NCBI GenBank assembly: GCA_965203905.1
Contig: CBDBDQ010000005.1
Span: 5,280,001-5,344,000 of the forward strand
Source of the DNA: Spirochaetia bacterium
GTDB lineage: Bacteria > Spirochaetota > Spirochaetia > SZUA-6 > Bin103
Length of the DNA: 64,000 bases
Direction: 5' to 3'
Shown: one piece after another, positions 48,733-58,336 of the stretch
Layout of the letters: every line of letters starts with the position of its first letter
Position numbering within the stretch: the first letter of the stretch is position 1
Program-made: the position numbers and the translations under genes
Notes under the pieces: generated by a model
What the model was told of the DNA's origin: nothing
Databases searched by the model: none
What the model saw: the letters and a program-made list of their open reading frames with translations, nothing else

Positions 48733-49716
48733 TCACTCCCCGGCCAGCGTGGCAATGGCCAGGATCTTCTCGGCGACGTCCATGGTCTTGACGCAGTCGC
48801 GGAACGGCGAGCTGGTCACCTCCCGGCCGCTCTTCAGCGAGTCGATGAACTCGCGGTTCTTGGCCTGGAAGCCGCCCAACACGAAGCGCTCGCTGCTGCC
48901 GGCGACTTCCTCGGTGGCATACTCCACTCCGTCGTAGTCGCCGTCCGCGTAGAGGTAGGCCTTGGCCTCCAGCTCGGCGTCGACGTAGATGCGGGGCGCG
49001 TGCATCTGCACGCGGAACACGCGCCGGCCGCTGGACCAGCTATTGATCACGAACCCGGTGGCGCCGTTGTCGAAGTAGAGCATCGCCCCGATCCAGTTGA
49101 TGTCCGGGGTGCCGACCCGACGGCAGCGGCTGTCCAGGTCCTCCACCTCGCCGCCGCACATCCAGCGCACCGTGTCGATGGAGTGGGTGCAATCGTCCAT
49201 CATGTGGTCGCGGGCGGTGTAGTGAGGGTCCGGCTCGCACTTGTAGAACTCGCACACCGAGTGAGTGATCGGTCCGCGTTTCAGGCACTCCTCCCGCATC
49301 TTCACCAGGAGCGGGGCGCTGCGGCGCTGGTGACTCACCTGGGTGACCGCGCCGTGCTTCTCCGCCAGCTCGGTCAGGATCAGGGCCTGGTGGCGGCTGA
49401 GTCCCATCGGCTTCTCGATGTAGAGATTGAGCCCCTGCTGCAGGCACCAGATCCAGATGTCGATCATGATGTTCGGATGCCCGATCGCGTACACGCCGTC
49501 GGGCTTCACCTCTTCCACCATCTTGCGGTAGTCGGTGTAGCGGCGCTCGATTCCGTAGGAGTCGGCAGTCTTGGCCAGCCGGCTCTCGTCGAGGTCGCAG
49601 ATGCCGCCGAATTCGACATCCGGAAACGAGGCCAGCGACGGGTAGTGGACGTTATTGGCCATGCTGCCGGCACCGATCATTGCGACTCGCACCACGTCGC
49701 GTCCCTGCTGCGCCAT
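48733..49716 (-). CDS. Gfo/Idh/MocA oxidoreductase
   Basis: IGAGSMA, IEKPMG, DDCTHSID. Confidence 0.9.
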   Translation of the reverse strand: MAQQGRDVVRVAMIGAGSMANNVHYPSLASFPDVEFGGICDLDESRLAKTADSYGIERRYTDYRKMVEEVKPDGVYAIGHPNIMIDIWIWCLQQGLNLYIEKPMGLSRHQALILTELAEKHGAVTQVSHQRRSAPLLVKMREECLKRGPITHSVCEFYKCEPDPHYTARDHMMDDCTHSIDTVRWMCGGEVEDLDSRCRRVGTPDINWIGAMLYFDNGATGFVINSWSSGRRVFRVQMHAPRIYVDAELEAKAYLYADGDYDGVEYATEEVAGSSERFVLGGFQAKNREFIDSLKSGREVTSSPFRDCVKTMDVAEKILAIATLAGE

Positions 49717-49874
49717 CCGTTGGCACCTCCTGCGAGCGTGGGTAAGTATATCATCAATCCTCGAGGAACATGGAGGATAGAAAAGCCTGATATGCCCGTA
49801 CCGACACGGATGCTTCCCCTACGCCGCGCTCGCGCCGGGGCGCACGCCCGAACAGCTTCGCGAAGAGCAGAAGG

Positions 49875-50087
49875 TCAGCAGCCGCCGTCAGCCGTGTCCA
49901 GTTGCTGCTTCAGGCGCCGGAATGCGGCCTCGTCGATCCCGGTAGCCGCCTCGATGGCGGACCACGGCAAATCCTGTCGCAGGAAGCCCTCGATCGTTTG
50001 GATCTGGCCTTCCTGTCGGCCCTCCTGCCGGCCTTCCTGCCGGCCTTCCTTTCGGCCCTGCTCAATCAGCTCCTCAACGTAGTTCAT
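49875..50087 (-). CDS. Putative intragenic RpnS antitoxin (70 aa)
   Basis: GGAGGAG RBS before an in-frame ATG; MNYVEELIEQGRKEGRQEGRQEGRQEG... Confidence 0.6.
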   Translation of the reverse strand: MNYVEELIEQGRKEGRQEGRQEGRQEGQIQTIEGFLRQDLPWSAIEAATGIDEAAFRRLKQQLDTADGGC

Positions 50088-50462
50088 CAGGTCTCCTCCC
50101 CGTCCCGGCACGTTTCTCCGCAACGCCTCGGCAAAGTATTTCCGGTTTTCTTCCGGCTGCGTCGCCAATACGTACTCCACGTACAGCAGCACCGGCACCT
50201 CGTCGCCGCCTTCCCGTTCCACCGAGAACAGCAGGTCCGCCTCGCTGTCGTGCCAGTCGTCGCTGACGAAGCGGCCCGGCAGGTGGGTGAGCGTCGACCA
50301 GCGCAGCGTCCGCCCGAGCGCCGGCGGCACGCAGGAGCGCAGCAGGCTGGCGGCGTCCTCGGTATCGGAGAACACCTTCTGGAAGTACTTGTCATGCGGT
50401 CGGCTGACCTCCGGCTGCGGTGCGCCGGGGTCCGCCTGCTCCGATGCCGGTTGGTCGGCCAT
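49875..50462 (-). pseudogene. Rpn/YhgA-like nuclease with in-frame internal deletion
   Basis: PHDKYFQKVFS, FVSDD...EADLLFSV, then VLLYV joined directly to EYVLATQ (EHQS motif and core absent); only 195 aa. Confidence 0.8.
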
Positions 50463-50681
50463 GGGCGGAGCGCGAACGTAGCCACGGGTTGCCCCGCTGT
50501 CAACGTGAGGCAAAAGGGCAAAAGGGCAAAAGGGCAACAGGGCGGCAGCGGCAGCAACGGTGCATTCCCATCTTGTGGTAGCCACGCTGGTACTCGCCGC
50601 GATCCAATCCCGCGCGTGCTCTGGCGGCTGGCGCCACAATACCGGAATGCGCCCGCCATCCATCGCCATCCACGCGTTTCG

Positions 50682-50710
50682 TTGAGCGGCCAATTCACCC
50701 GTGGTAGGCT
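50682..50710 (+). promoter_or_regulatory. Sigma70 promoter, copy 1
   Basis: TTGAGC, 17 bp, TAGGCT with TG extension; conserved in the duplicate. Confidence 0.55.
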
Positions 50711-50790
50711 GCCGGCCAGCCGTCGTGGCGACGGCCAATCTTTGCAGCTCCGAGCGCAACGAATCGCGCCGGGGCCCTGAGGAGGCGCTC

Positions 50791-52845
50791 ATGTCGTGCC
50801 TGAGAAAGCCCGGATTCGCCGGGTTTGCAGTGGCGGCCACGCTGCTGTTCGCAATCCTGACCGTCGACGCAATCGCCAGCGGGGACGATGAGTCCGCGGG
50901 TGCTACGGCGGCCGCCGCATCCACCGCGGCAATGACAGATTTTGCGCTGGCGCCGGGACACTACAACCTGGACACCTACGAGCAGGCGGCGGGAGCCAAG
51001 ATCGCGAGCTTCCAGCAGTCGCCGTTTCTGGAGGGTCGCGGCCTGCCGCCGGTCGAGGATCGGCTTCCCGACAATCCACTGGTGATGGTGCCGTGGGAGC
51101 AGCTCGGCACGTTCGGCGGCACCATGCGGATCCAGAACTTCACCGCCGAGATGCGGCGCATGGGCTCGGCACCGCTCTACGAGACCCGCCCCGGACCCGG
51201 CGTGGGCCGCGAGGGCAAGCGCCTGCAGGCCAAGCTGGAGCCGGGCGTCATGGAGTGGTGGGAGGTCAGCGCCGACGGCAAGACGGTCACCACCCGCATC
51301 CGCAAGGGGCTCAAGTGGTCGGACGGCAACCCGGTCACCACCACCGACGTCGAGTACTACTGGCACGACGTGCTGAACAACGAGGACCTGACGCCGGTGC
51401 TGCCGCAGGCGTTCCTGGTGCGCGCGCCGGTCTCCCTCGACATCATCGATGAGCAGACCTTCCGGCTGGACTTCACCTCGCCGTTCGGCCCCTTTCCCAA
51501 CGCCATCGACAACTTCTTCCTGGAGCCGTTCTACCTGTTGCGCCCGGCTCACTACGCCAAGACCTTCCACCAGGACCACGTGCCGGAGAAGGAGCTGCAG
51601 GATCGCATGAAGGCCGAAGGCTACGCGCTCGACAACTGGCCCAAGTACTACCTCGACATGCAGGGGCGGTCCTACCCGGCGGGTCAATTGATCGCCAGCC
51701 CCGTGGGAACCGAGATGCCGAACCTGTTCCCGTGGTACCCGGTGGCGATCGAGGAGGGCGTTGCGGTCCAGTGGGAGCGCAATCCGTACTACTACAAGAT
51801 CGATCCGGCGGGAAACCAGCTTCCTTACGTCGACAAGATCCAGATGGACCTGGGGGGCCGCAACCTCGAGAACATCAACCTGAAGATCATCAACGGGCAG
51901 ATCGACTACATCGCCGAGGGGCTGCCGCTGGAGAACCTGCCGCTGTACACCGAGAACGAGGAGTCGGGCGGCTACAAGGTGATGCTGCTGCCCTATTGGC
52001 GCAGCTTTCCCAACCTCGTCTTCTTCAACTACGTGGCGCCCGACGATCCCGAGCTGACCGGGATTTTTCAGGATCTGCGGTTCCGGCAGGCGGTGTCGCT
52101 GGCTATCGACCGTGAAGAGATGAACGAGGCGCTGTACCTGAACCTGGGCAAGCCGATCCAGTACTCGCCGTCTCCGTCCAGTCCCTGGTACCGGGAGGAG
52201 TTCTCCCAGGCCTCGGCCGCCTACGATCCCGACAAGGCGAACGCCCTGCTGGACGAGATGGGCATCACGTGGGAGGAAGGGAAGGAGTTCCGCACGCGGC
52301 CCAACGGTGAGCCCTTCATAATCGACTTCACCGCGGTGAACTACGATCCATGGCGGCGCGATCACGAGATGCTGCAGCAGTACTGGAAGGAAATCGGAAT
52401 CGACGTGCAGATGAGGACGGTGGACGGTGGCGCCTACTGGTCGATGTACGGGGGGCAGCAGATCGAAGCCACCATCAACTGGTCGGCCGAGCCCGAGCCT
52501 ACCGACCGCGGCATATTCTCGCACCCGGCGCGCGTGGTGCCGGGCTGGGCCACCTGGGTGTCAACCAACGGCGAGCGCGGCGTGGAGCCGCCGCAGTGGG
52601 TGCAGGACGTGTACACGGCGCGCGACGTGATGTTTTCGACCGCGGACAAGCAGGAGCAGCTCGAGGCCGGCTTCAAGATCTCCGAGGCCCAGGCCAAGTA
52701 CCTGTGGTACATCGGCACGGTAGGCAGACTTCCGGTGCCGGCGGTCTACTCCCTGCGGATGGGCAACATCAGCGTCGCCGAGGAGATGGGAGTGCACTCC
52801 TACCTGGTGCAGGAGTTCGCCCCGCAGTGGTTCATCAAGCAGTAA
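50791..52845 (+). CDS. ABC family-5 solute-binding protein, copy 1
   Basis: LPPVEDRLP, LKWSDG, ERNPYYYKID, GNQLPYVD; RBS GGAGG. Confidence 0.92.
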   Translation: MSCLRKPGFAGFAVAATLLFAILTVDAIASGDDESAGATAAAASTAAMTDFALAPGHYNLDTYEQAAGAKIASFQQSPFLEGRGLPPVEDRLPDNPLVMVPWEQLGTFGGTMRIQNFTAEMRRMGSAPLYETRPGPGVGREGKRLQAKLEPGVMEWWEVSADGKTVTTRIRKGLKWSDGNPVTTTDVEYYWHDVLNNEDLTPVLPQAFLVRAPVSLDIIDEQTFRLDFTSPFGPFPNAIDNFFLEPFYLLRPAHYAKTFHQDHVPEKELQDRMKAEGYALDNWPKYYLDMQGRSYPAGQLIASPVGTEMPNLFPWYPVAIEEGVAVQWERNPYYYKIDPAGNQLPYVDKIQMDLGGRNLENINLKIINGQIDYIAEGLPLENLPLYTENEESGGYKVMLLPYWRSFPNLVFFNYVAPDDPELTGIFQDLRFRQAVSLAIDREEMNEALYLNLGKPIQYSPSPSSPWYREEFSQASAAYDPDKANALLDEMGITWEEGKEFRTRPNGEPFIIDFTAVNYDPWRRDHEMLQQYWKEIGIDVQMRTVDGGAYWSMYGGQQIEATINWSAEPEPTDRGIFSHPARVVPGWATWVSTNGERGVEPPQWVQDVYTARDVMFSTADKQEQLEAGFKISEAQAKYLWYIGTVGRLPVPAVYSLRMGNISVAEEMGVHSYLVQEFAPQWFIKQ

Positions 52846-52927
52846 TTCGGTAAGCACCGGCGGGGGCAGGTACACGGTGCCGTCCATCGGTCCCCGCCGG
52901 GTGCTGCTAGGTGCTGCTCCAGCTTCG

Positions 52928-52956
52928 TTGCGTGGCGAATCGGCCCGTGGTAGTCT
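52928..52956 (+). promoter_or_regulatory. Sigma70 promoter, copy 2
   Basis: TTGCGT, 17 bp, TAGTCT with TG extension. Confidence 0.55.
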
Positions 52957-53036
52957 GGCAGCCAGCCGTCGTGACGACGGCCCAATCTTTGCAACTCCGA
53001 GCGCAACGAATCGCGCCGGGGCCGAAGGAGGCGCTC

Positions 53037-55091
53037 ATGTCGTGCCTGAGAAGACCCGGACTCGCCGGGTTCGCAGTGACAGCCGTGCTGCTGTTCGCAA
53101 TCCTTACCGTCGACGCAATTGCCAGCGGGGACGATGAGTCCGCGGAAGGTACGGCGCCGGCCGCGGACGCCGCCATGGCCATGGAGTTTGCGCTGCCGCC
53201 GGGGCACTACAACCTGGACACCTACGAGCAGGCGGCGGGAGCCAAGATCGCGAGCTTCCAGCAGTCGCCGTTTCTGGAGGGGCGCGGCCTGCCGCCGGTC
53301 GAGGACCGGCTCCCGGACAATCCGCTGGTGATGGTGCCGTGGGAGGAGCTCGGCGTGTTTGGCGGCACCATGCGGATCCAGAACTTCACCGCGGAGATGC
53401 GGCGCATGGGCTCGGCACCGTTCTACGAGACCCGTCCCGGACCCGGCGTGGGCCGCGAGGGCAAACGCCTGCAGGCGGAGCTGGAACCGGGCGTCATGGA
53501 GTGGTGGGAGGTCAGCGCCGACGGCAAGACGGTCACCACCCGCATCCGCCAGGGACTCAAGTGGTCGGACGGCAACCCGGTCACCACCGCCGACATCGAG
53601 TACTACTGGAACGACGTGCTCAACAACGAGGACCTGACCCCGGTGCTGCCGCAGGCGTTCCTGGTGCGCGCACCGGTCTCCCTCAACGTCATAGATGAGC
53701 AGACCTTCGGGCTGGATTTCACTTCGCCCTTCGGCACCTTTCCCAACGCCATCGACAACTTCTATCTGCAGCCGTTCTACCTGTTGCGCCCGGCTCATTA
53801 CGCCAAGACCTTCCACCAGGACCACGCGCCGGAGAAAGAGCTGCAGGACCGCATGAAGGCGGAGGGCTACGCGCTCGACAACTGGCCCAAGTACTACCTC
53901 GACATGCAGGGGCGGTTCTATCCCGCGGGTGGATTGATCAGCAGCCCCGTGGGAACCGAGATGCCGAACCTGTTCCCGTGGTACCCGGTGGCGATCGAGG
54001 AGGGCGTCGCGGTCCGGTGGGAGCGCAATCCCTACTACTACAAGATCGATCCGGCGGGGAACCAGCTTCCCTACGTCGACGAGATCCAGATGGACCTGGG
54101 GGGCCGCAACCTCGAGAACATCAACCTGAAGATCATCAACGGACAGATCGACTACATCGCCGAGGGGCTGCCGCTGGAAAACCTGCCGCTGTACACCGAG
54201 AACGAGGAGTCGGGCGGCTACAGGGTGATGCTGCTGCCCTATTGGCGCAGCTTTCCCAATCTCGCCTTCTTCAACTACGTGGCGCCCGACGATCCCGAGC
54301 TGACCGAGATTTTTCAGGATCTGCGGTTCCGGCAGGCGGTGTCGCTGGCCATCGACCGTGAAGAGATGAACGAGGCGCTGTACCTGAACCTGGGTGAGCC
54401 GATCCAGTACTCGCCGTCTCCGTCCAGTCCCTGGTACCGGGAGGAATTCGCCCAGGCCTCGGCTGCCTACGATCCGGACAAGGCGAACGCCCTGCTGGAC
54501 GAGATGGGCATCACGTGGGAAGCCGGCGAGGAGTTCCGCACGCGGCCCAACGGCGAACCCTTCAAGATCGACTTCACCGCGGTGAACTACGATCCATGGC
54601 GGCGCGATCACGAGATGCTGCAGCAGTACTGGAAGGAAATCGGAATCGACGTGCAGATGAGGACGGTGGACGGCGGCGCCTACTGGTCGTTGTACGGGGG
54701 CCAGCAGATCGAGGCCACCGTCAACTGGTCGAACGAGCCGGAGCCTACCGACCGCGGCCAGTACTCGCACCCGGCGCGGCTGGTGCCGGGCTGGGCCACC
54801 TGGGTGTCAACCAACGGCGAGCGCGGCGTGGAGCCGCCGCAGTGGGTGCAGGACGTGTACACGGCGCGCGACGTGATGTTCTCTTCCGCGGACAAGCAGG
54901 AGCAGCTCGAGGCCGGCTTCAAGATCTCCGAGGCCCAGGCCAAGTACCTGTGGTACATCGGTACCGTCGGACGACTGCCGGTGCCTTCGGTCTACTCCCT
55001 GCGGATGGGCAACATCGGCATCGCCGAGGAGATGGGAGTGCACTCCTACATGGTGCAGGAGTTCGCCCCGCAGTGGTTCATCAAGCAGTAA
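53037..55091 (+). CDS. ABC family-5 solute-binding protein, copy 2
   Basis: Same length (684 aa) as and near-identical to 50791-52845; offset 2246 bp. Confidence 0.92.
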   Translation: MSCLRRPGLAGFAVTAVLLFAILTVDAIASGDDESAEGTAPAADAAMAMEFALPPGHYNLDTYEQAAGAKIASFQQSPFLEGRGLPPVEDRLPDNPLVMVPWEELGVFGGTMRIQNFTAEMRRMGSAPFYETRPGPGVGREGKRLQAELEPGVMEWWEVSADGKTVTTRIRQGLKWSDGNPVTTADIEYYWNDVLNNEDLTPVLPQAFLVRAPVSLNVIDEQTFGLDFTSPFGTFPNAIDNFYLQPFYLLRPAHYAKTFHQDHAPEKELQDRMKAEGYALDNWPKYYLDMQGRFYPAGGLISSPVGTEMPNLFPWYPVAIEEGVAVRWERNPYYYKIDPAGNQLPYVDEIQMDLGGRNLENINLKIINGQIDYIAEGLPLENLPLYTENEESGGYRVMLLPYWRSFPNLAFFNYVAPDDPELTEIFQDLRFRQAVSLAIDREEMNEALYLNLGEPIQYSPSPSSPWYREEFAQASAAYDPDKANALLDEMGITWEAGEEFRTRPNGEPFKIDFTAVNYDPWRRDHEMLQQYWKEIGIDVQMRTVDGGAYWSLYGGQQIEATVNWSNEPEPTDRGQYSHPARLVPGWATWVSTNGERGVEPPQWVQDVYTARDVMFSSADKQEQLEAGFKISEAQAKYLWYIGTVGRLPVPSVYSLRMGNIGIAEEMGVHSYMVQEFAPQWFIKQ

Positions 55092-55107
55092 CCCGTTAAC
55101 CGTTGGT

Positions 55108-55139
55108 GGGGGCTGGTGCGGCGCCGTTCGCCAGCCCCC
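55108..55139 (+). other. Intercistronic stem-loop after the SBP gene
   Basis: GGGGGCTGG...CCAGCCCCC 9-bp stem, no U-tract. Confidence 0.45.
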
Positions 55140-55197
55140 GCCTGGTGATGCACGGGATTCCGTTGCCCGATCCACAAGCGGCCTGCCGATCTGACTC

Positions 55198-56202
55198 ATG
55201 TGGTCGTACCTGAGCCGACGTTTCCTCTACATGGTGATCCTGCTGGTGGTCATCTCGATGATCGCGTTCGCCATCATCGAGCTGCCGCCGGGAGACTACC
55301 TCGACACCTACCTGAACGAGCTGGAGAACCGCGGCACCATGTTCGACGAGGCCCAGATCGCGGCGTTGCGCAAGCAGTTCGGCCTCGACCTCCCCCTGTA
55401 CCAGCGCTACCTGCAATGGGTGACCGGAATCATGCGCGGCAACTTCGGACGCTCCTTCCAGTGGAACCGTTCGGTCGGCGAGCTGATCGCCAAGCGGCTG
55501 CCGTGGACGGTGATGATCTCGATCCTCACCCTCCTGTTCACCTACCTGGTCGCGATCCCGGTGGGAATATACTCGTCGCTGCGCCAGTACACGTTCTCCG
55601 ACCACTTCATCACGGCCTTCAGTTTCCTGGGCCTGGCGACGCCGAATTTCCTCCTCGCCCTGGTGCTGATGTTCCTCACCTTCAACCTGTTCGGGTTCAA
55701 TCCCAGCGGGCTGTTCTCGCCCGAGTACAAGATCGCGCCGTGGAGCGTGGCGCGCTTCATCGACCTGCTGAAGCACCTGCCGATCCCGGTAATCGTCATT
55801 GGCACCGCCGGGATCGCCGGCCTGATCCGCGTGATGCGCGGACTCATGCTCGATGAATTGCGCAAGCACTACGTGGTCACCGCCCGCGCCAAGGGGCTGC
55901 CCGAGCGCGAGCTGCTGTTCAAGTACCCGGTGCGGGTGGCGATCAACCCGATCGTCAGCACCATCGGCTGGAGCCTCGCGGCCATCGTGTCGGGGGAGGC
56001 GATCACGTCGATCGTGCTCGATCTTCCGACCATCGGCAACATGCTCTACCAGGCGCTGTTGAGCCAGGACACCTTCTTCGCCGGCACCACCGTGCTGCTC
56101 CTGAGTCTGCTCACCGTGGTCGGCACCTTTCTCTCGGACGTGCTGCTGGTGATCGTGGACCCGCGCATCCGGCTGGACAAGGCGAGCGCGGAGACCGCAT
56201 GA
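55198..56202 (+). CDS. ABC permease, DppB-like
   Basis: IELPPGDY, YVVTARAKGL, VDPRIR. Confidence 0.92.
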   Translation: MWSYLSRRFLYMVILLVVISMIAFAIIELPPGDYLDTYLNELENRGTMFDEAQIAALRKQFGLDLPLYQRYLQWVTGIMRGNFGRSFQWNRSVGELIAKRLPWTVMISILTLLFTYLVAIPVGIYSSLRQYTFSDHFITAFSFLGLATPNFLLALVLMFLTFNLFGFNPSGLFSPEYKIAPWSVARFIDLLKHLPIPVIVIGTAGIAGLIRVMRGLMLDELRKHYVVTARAKGLPERELLFKYPVRVAINPIVSTIGWSLAAIVSGEAITSIVLDLPTIGNMLYQALLSQDTFFAGTTVLLLSLLTVVGTFLSDVLLVIVDPRIRLDKASAETA

Positions 56203-57323
56203 GGGCGACCACCGGCCAGATGCGCGCCGCGCGCCAGCGCGAGGACTACTACGTCGCCTCGCAGTGGCGCCTCATGCGCCAGAAATTCGTGCGTCACAAG
56301 CTGGCGGTGGTCGGCGCCGTGCTGCTCGGCTGTTTCTACCTGGCGGCATTGTTCGCGGAGTTCGTGGCGCCCTACGACCCCATCCAGCGCAGCAGCGCCC
56401 ACTACTATCCGCCGACCCGGATCCACTTCTTCGACCAGGAGGGAAGATTCCACCCGCTCGGCTACGTGTACGACGTCAAGAAGACCTTCGACGTCAAGAC
56501 GCGGCGCGCCCGCTTCGTCGAGGACCTGGAGCAGGGGGCGCCGATCCGATTGTTCGTGCGCGGCGACGAGTACAAGCTGTGGGGGGTGTTCCCCGGCGAC
56601 CTGCACCTTTTCGGCGTTGCCGGCGAGCCGCGGGTGTTCCTGTTCGGCACCGAGAGCCTGGGGCGCGACCTGTTCTCGCGTATCGTCATCGCGGCGCGGA
56701 TCTCGCTCTCGATCGGCCTGGTCGGCGTGCTGCTGAGCTTCCTGTTAGGGTCGCTCCTGGGCGGTCTGTCGGGGTTCTACGGGGGCGCGGTCGACAACCT
56801 GATTCAGCGCACCATCGAGCTGCTGCGCTCGATCCCGACCATTCCGCTGTGGATGAGCCTGGCGGCGATCATCCCGCGCGACTGGCCGATCCTGCGCACC
56901 TACTTCATGATCACGGTGGTGCTGTCGTTCGTCGGCTGGACCGGCCTCGCGCGGGTGGTGCGCGGCAAGCTGATCAGCCTGCGCGAGGAGGACTTCGTGC
57001 TCGCGGCCAAGCTCGCCGCCACCCCGGACTGGCGTATCATCGTCGTGCACCTGATCCCCTCTTTTTTCAGTTACCTGATCGTGGATCTGACCCTGGCGAT
57101 TCCCTACATGATCCTGGGCGAGACCGCGCTCAGCTTCCTCGGCCTCGGCATTCAGCCTCCCGCGGTGAGCTGGGGCACGCTGCTGATCGACGCGCAGCGG
57201 GTCACCGTGGTGGCGCACCACCCCTGGCTGCTGATCCCGGGCGCGTTCATCGTGGTGGCGGTGCTCGGCTTCAACTTCCTCGGCGACGGCCTGCGCGACG
57301 CGGCCGATCCCTACCACGTGTGA
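56199..57323 (+). CDS. ABC permease, DppC-like
   Basis: FGTESLGRDLFSR, ETALSFLGLG, GDGLRDAADP. Confidence 0.92.
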   Translation: MRATTGQMRAARQREDYYVASQWRLMRQKFVRHKLAVVGAVLLGCFYLAALFAEFVAPYDPIQRSSAHYYPPTRIHFFDQEGRFHPLGYVYDVKKTFDVKTRRARFVEDLEQGAPIRLFVRGDEYKLWGVFPGDLHLFGVAGEPRVFLFGTESLGRDLFSRIVIAARISLSIGLVGVLLSFLLGSLLGGLSGFYGGAVDNLIQRTIELLRSIPTIPLWMSLAAIIPRDWPILRTYFMITVVLSFVGWTGLARVVRGKLISLREEDFVLAAKLAATPDWRIIVVHLIPSFFSYLIVDLTLAIPYMILGETALSFLGLGIQPPAVSWGTLLIDAQRVTVVAHHPWLLIPGAFIVVAVLGFNFLGDGLRDAADPYHV

Positions 57324-58258
57324 CGGGGTCAGATCCGTTCCCCGGATTCGGCGGCTTTTCCTACCGTCCGGCACTGCGGTACGAGGCGGGCGTGAGCCGG
57401 CGCGACCCGAGCCCGGTGGTGCGCGCGGGCGGCCGCTACCACGCGTGGTACTCGCGCTCCACCCACGACGCCAGCGGCTACCGGGCCACCGTCTGGTACG
57501 CCACCTCGGGGGACGGGTTGCTCTGGGAGGAGCGCGGCGAGGCGCTGGGGCGGGGAGGGCGCGGCGCGTTCGACGAGCACGCGGTGTTCACGCCCACCGT
57601 GATGCTGGCCGAGGGCCGCTGGTGGCTGTTCTACACCGCGGTGCCGGAGCCGTTCACCAACGCCGGCGGCGGCCCGGCTGGCACCGCGACCCGGATCGGC
57701 GTGGCGGCCGCCTCCGCGCCGGACGGGCCGTGGGAACGCGTGGGGGCGGATCCGATCCTGGAGCCGAGCGCGGCGGCCGAGGGCTTCGACAGCCATCGCG
57801 TGGACGACGCCTGCCTGGTGCGCTGGGGCATGGAGTACCGCCTCTACTACAAGGGCCGGCAGCGCGGCCTGGCGCCGAATCAGACCCGGATGGGCCTGGC
57901 CATCGCCTCGCGTCCCGAGGGTCCTTACACCCGCCACCCGGGCAACCCGGTGCTCGACTCCGGCCACGAGGTGTGCGTGTGGCCGCACGGCACCGGCGTG
58001 GGCTGCATCGTCGCTCCGAGCGGCCCCCAGGGCAGCACGCTGCAGTACAGCGAAGACGGCCTGCGCTTCCGGCGCGTGCGCGCCATCGAGCCGCCGCGCG
58101 CCCCCGGCCCCTGCCGCGAGGACCGCTGGCAGGAGGGCTGCGCTCCGGGCATCTCCTGGGGCCTGTGCCAGGACACCGCCTCCCCCTGGCCCTGCCTGCT
58201 GCGCTTCGACACCGACCTCCGAGCCCCGCGCGGCGCCGCCGCTACCGCAGCCCGGTAA
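57320..58258 (+). CDS. GH117-like five-bladed beta-propeller glycoside hydrolase
   Basis: RRDPS, WYATSGDG, VFTP, RVDD, LYYKG, SGHEVCVWP; GTGA-coupled start. Confidence 0.75.
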   Translation: MTGSDPFPGFGGFSYRPALRYEAGVSRRDPSPVVRAGGRYHAWYSRSTHDASGYRATVWYATSGDGLLWEERGEALGRGGRGAFDEHAVFTPTVMLAEGRWWLFYTAVPEPFTNAGGGPAGTATRIGVAAASAPDGPWERVGADPILEPSAAAEGFDSHRVDDACLVRWGMEYRLYYKGRQRGLAPNQTRMGLAIASRPEGPYTRHPGNPVLDSGHEVCVWPHGTGVGCIVAPSGPQGSTLQYSEDGLRFRRVRAIEPPRAPGPCREDRWQEGCAPGISWGLCQDTASPWPCLLRFDTDLRAPRGAAATAAR

Positions 58259-58336
58259 CTGCGCTGCCGCTCAAGTAGCGCCGCGCGCCGCGGCCGGCGA
58301 GCACGAAGCAGGGCCGCCCTGCCGGCGGCGTGCGGC

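Noticed and set aside
50509-50545. GGCAAAAG short tandem repeat (about 4 units) as a phase-variation tract
   Set aside because: Short, intergenic and not within an identifiable promoter spacer or CDS.
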